Below are positions 54,737 to 57,273 of a stretch of 57,273 nt of DNA, in pieces (within the stretch, counting starts at the first letter, position 1; each line of letters opens with the position of its first letter). The DNA is from a virus (taxonomy: Duplodnaviria; Caudoviricetes). The DNA lies in the IMG/VR virus record IMGVR_UViG_3300025127_000044, positions 1 through 57,273 of that record; one strand, given 5' to 3'. Position numbers and translations under genes: made by a program. Below the pieces are notes generated by a model. That model saw only the letters and a program-made list of their open reading frames with translations. It did no database searches and was not told the DNA's origin.

Positions 54737-56055
54737 GGGAGTGCCGGGAGTGAGGACAGACTTAGTGCTGCAGATGTAATCTTTGCATCTACCTCTGTAG
54801 ATGTATCATAATTAGTTAAATCAGCCGTTGCAGTAGGCGTACTCCAAGTCAGCGAACCGGTGCCATCAGTTGTAAGAATTTGGCCTGAATTTCCAGTGTT
54901 AGTGGGCAGAGTTAATGTATAGTTTGCTCCTGCTGAATGAGCAGGCCCCTTAATCATAACGCCGTGAGAATTATTTTCGCAGTTTAATTGAATCGTACCT
55001 GAAGCACCACTGCCGCCTTTGACAGTAACTTTTTCACCAACCTCTATATTACTAACAAACGTGGCGCTGCCTCCTTCGTTAAAGGTAATGTCTGCTGTAC
55101 CACTTTCATTAAAGTGAAACTGCGTTTTAGCGTTTGTGCCTATTGATGAATTTGAGTATAATCTCAAACTTTTTGTAGGATCATCATAGCCCAACTGTCC
55201 ACCATTGGTCAGTGAAGCCAGCTGGTTAATGTGTAAGCCATTAGACGTAACAGTTCCATCAAAAGAGACATTGCCTGAATAGTTTGCCAGATCAGGTGTG
55301 TTAGCGGCAATCTTTGCATCAACTTCGGTCGATGTATCGTATGCAGACAGGTCGGTAGCTGGGATAGCAGCAATCTTTGCGTCAACTTGTGCTGATGTGT
55401 CGTAGCTGGAAAGGTCCGTGGGAGGAATAGATGCAATTGCTGCGGTAGCAAAGTTTTGAGCAGCTGTCTGAGCAGCTGTTGCTTGACTATCGACGTATTG
55501 CTTGGGTGAAGCCGCCAGTGCAGTGGCTGGGTTACCAGCTAGCTGCAGAATGCCAGTCATAATGCCACCGGCTTTACCGATGAAACGTGCGTCGGCTTCA
55601 TTTTTATCGTAATAGCCAGCGCCAAGTGTGAAGCTATCCGGGCTTGCATCAACCCACTGTGTAGTTACACCATCGTTGTAATAAATATATAAACGACCAT
55701 CGTTATTATTCCACCACAGCTCACCATCTTCAGCAGAAGCAGGGGCAACAGCTGCCATCCGTGCAACACCACCAATAAAGCTAGGGGCTGAAAGATTCCC
55801 TGTAAGGGTGTCACCTGTATTTAAAATATAACGCCCGTCTAGTGTTCCAGACTGCTCGGTGCTGACATCCAGGTCAGGCAGAATGCCGAGCTGCATTTTA
55901 CGAATGACATTTGTACTGTCTTTCAGAAATAAACTTGGATCTGAAGATACATAGTTAACAGCAATTTCGCCATATTCCATCTGATCTACAGATGGTGCTT
56001 GAGCTAATGTACTGTTTGTAATTGTTTTCAGACTTCTCTTAAGCTGAAGTTTCAT
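54733..56055 (-). CDS. Tail fibre/structural protein
   Basis: GEIAVN..LFLKD; DGELWWN..RLYIYY; KQYVD; three DLxxYDTSxxVDAKI repeats. Confidence 0.85.
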   Translation of the reverse strand: MKLQLKRSLKTITNSTLAQAPSVDQMEYGEIAVNYVSSDPSLFLKDSTNVIRKMQLGILPDLDVSTEQSGTLDGRYILNTGDTLTGNLSAPSFIGGVARMAAVAPASAEDGELWWNNNDGRLYIYYNDGVTTQWVDASPDSFTLGAGYYDKNEADARFIGKAGGIMTGILQLAGNPATALAASPKQYVDSQATAAQTAAQNFATAAIASIPPTDLSSYDTSAQVDAKIAAIPATDLSAYDTSTEVDAKIAANTPDLANYSGNVSFDGTVTSNGLHINQLASLTNGGQLGYDDPTKSLRLYSNSSIGTNAKTQFHFNESGTADITFNEGGSATFVSNIEVGEKVTVKGGSGASGTIQLNCENNSHGVMIKGPAHSAGANYTLTLPTNTGNSGQILTTDGTGSLTWSTPTATADLTNYDTSTEVDAKITSAALSLSSLPALP

Positions 56056-56118
56056 TGCTAAAAAGCTCCATAGGAAATAGGAATCTCATTAACAATATTA
56101 ACGACTTATTGAATCTGT

Positions 56119-56682
56119 TTATGCTGCGTAAACACCACCGTCAAAGTCACTTGCTGCTGGTTCAATATCAATCGCCATATAGTTGTAATTTACAGCTGTT
56201 CCGCACTGAATCACTAAATAGCCAGATGTATTGGTATCTGGCACTGTTGTCCAAAATCCAGGGTTAATTGAACTCAGATAGTAAGGCTTGCCGACTTCGA
56301 GTGTTGCTGCTCCCTCATCAGTTATTGAACTACTGTTAAACATATCCATTACTGTGTTTTGTGTGAATTCGGTTATTTGTCCTACATTTGCAGACTCCAT
56401 TGCCACACCCACAATTCTTGAGGTTTCTACAGACGCAGCACTTGCTGGAACTGCCTCTCCTGCTGAATTCAAGCAAATCAACATTCCACGTGTAATAGGA
56501 CCGTGAATTGAAACCACAGCTTGACCATACACTGGCATTGAAGAAGATTCATTAGTATTGTTTTCGCTACCATTTTCATCATCATCTGATAAAAGCCATG
56601 TGCCAGGCCCGAGTGTTTGATTTGGATTGACATATACGTATGTCCGTCCAAATACTGTTTTTACATCACCTATGGCTGGCAT
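56119..56682 (-). CDS. Structural protein (fibre/decoration-like)
   Basis: IVGVAME, LEVGKPYYLS, FDGGVY end. Confidence 0.7.
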   Translation of the reverse strand: MPAIGDVKTVFGRTYVYVNPNQTLGPGTWLLSDDDENGSENNTNESSSMPVYGQAVVSIHGPITRGMLICLNSAGEAVPASAASVETSRIVGVAMESANVGQITEFTQNTVMDMFNSSSITDEGAATLEVGKPYYLSSINPGFWTTVPDTNTSGYLVIQCGTAVNYNYMAIDIEPAASDFDGGVYAA

Positions 56683-56709
56683 GAGTTAATTGGTATCAGT
56701 ATTCTAATT

Positions 56710-56952
56710 TTAACCTTTCTTTTCGTTGTGCTTTCTGTTTACTTCTTCTACCCAATCTACCATTTCTTTTGCAATAATATCCTTTGCCAACTTTGCAAAT
56801 AAGTTCTGGTAAAACATTATAAGCCTTGTCGTTTCTTTAAGGCTTTTTTTTAATACATCAATATCATTGGCACTATCAATTTCATCTTTAATTACTCGTA
56901 GGCGCAGCTCTGCTTCAAGTGGTAATTCAAAGTCTTCTTTATTAAACATCAT
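56710..56952 (-). CDS. Possible divergent NblA-like protein
   Basis: ELPLEAELRLRVI ... L...L....RLIM..QN two-helix pattern; 80 aa. Confidence 0.5.
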   Translation of the reverse strand: MMFNKEDFELPLEAELRLRVIKDEIDSANDIDVLKKSLKETTRLIMFYQNLFAKLAKDIIAKEMVDWVEEVNRKHNEKKG

Positions 56953-56982
56953 ATATCTGCTATTTCTTTCAGTATAGTCAAT

Positions 56983-57009
56983 AAAAAAGGAGCCGCGTAC
57001 GCAGCTCCT
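56983..57009 (-). terminator. Intrinsic terminator
   Basis: Minus strand AGGAGCTGC-GTAC-GCGGCTCCT-TTTTT. Confidence 0.75.
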
Positions 57010-57027
57010 GTCTTCTCATGGTTTGAG

Positions 57028-57273
57028 TTACGGAATAACAACTCCAGTTTCAGGAATTGTATAGTTGTTTGATTCACCAGGTTTGATCTGGATGTCAACA
57101 ACTGTGTTTCCTGTACCAGCGGCAGCAACAAAATTACTAAGTGCTTGACCGTTTGAAGCGCCCATACCGATGTCCACCCAAGAATACTCGATGTGGATAT
57201 CCATGTCGACGCCATGGTATTCGTTAACAAACAACGTGTCGGCTGTTTCATCAACAACGGCTTGTTCGTAATC
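57028..57273 (-). CDS. 3' end of a structural protein (partial)
   Basis: Frame stays open to the window edge (DYEQAVVDETADTLFVNEY...); followed by a strong terminator. Confidence 0.7.
   Translation of the reverse strand, partial: DYEQAVVDETADTLFVNEYHGVDMDIHIEYSWVDIGMGASNGQALSNFVAAAGTGNTVVDIQIKPGESNNYTIPETGVVIP

Noticed and set aside
47584-56055. Diversity-generating retroelement acting on tail fibres
   Set aside because: No reverse transcriptase and no template/variable repeat pair noticed in this window

Overview
A 57 kb segment of a marine cyanophage genome, most likely infecting Synechococcus. It is neither a typical T4-like nor a typical T7-like phage, and it appears temperate. Layout: (1) 1-7.6 kb, an early-type array of tiny ORFs, most preceded by a conserved GC hairpin whose bottom-strand loop reads G..A; (2) 7.9-20.7 kb, host-takeover genes (talC, five tRNAs, a divergent pair of ribbon-helix-helix regulators, DUF932, beta-helix protein, psbA, hli, glutaredoxin, IF-1); (3) 20.7-34.8 kb, nucleotide and replication genes (MazG-like, minimal class I RNR, thyX, SSBs, exonuclease, primase-VapE helicase, apparently inactivated MTase and deaminase, split PolA); (4) 35-47 kb, accessory and lysis genes, including an NtcA box + glutamine riboswitch + YRG/DUF4278 unit, an NblA-like gene, tRNA-Ser, HNH, a tyrosine integrase and a tRNA-Ser-type attP; (5) 47.5-57.3 kb, minus-strand tail-fibre genes and a second NblA-like gene. 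The best candidate for an undescribed system is the family of about 19 hairpin elements. These may be N4-like template-strand hairpin promoters for a phage RNA polymerase not seen in this window. All product calls come from motif recognition by eye; no database search was run.
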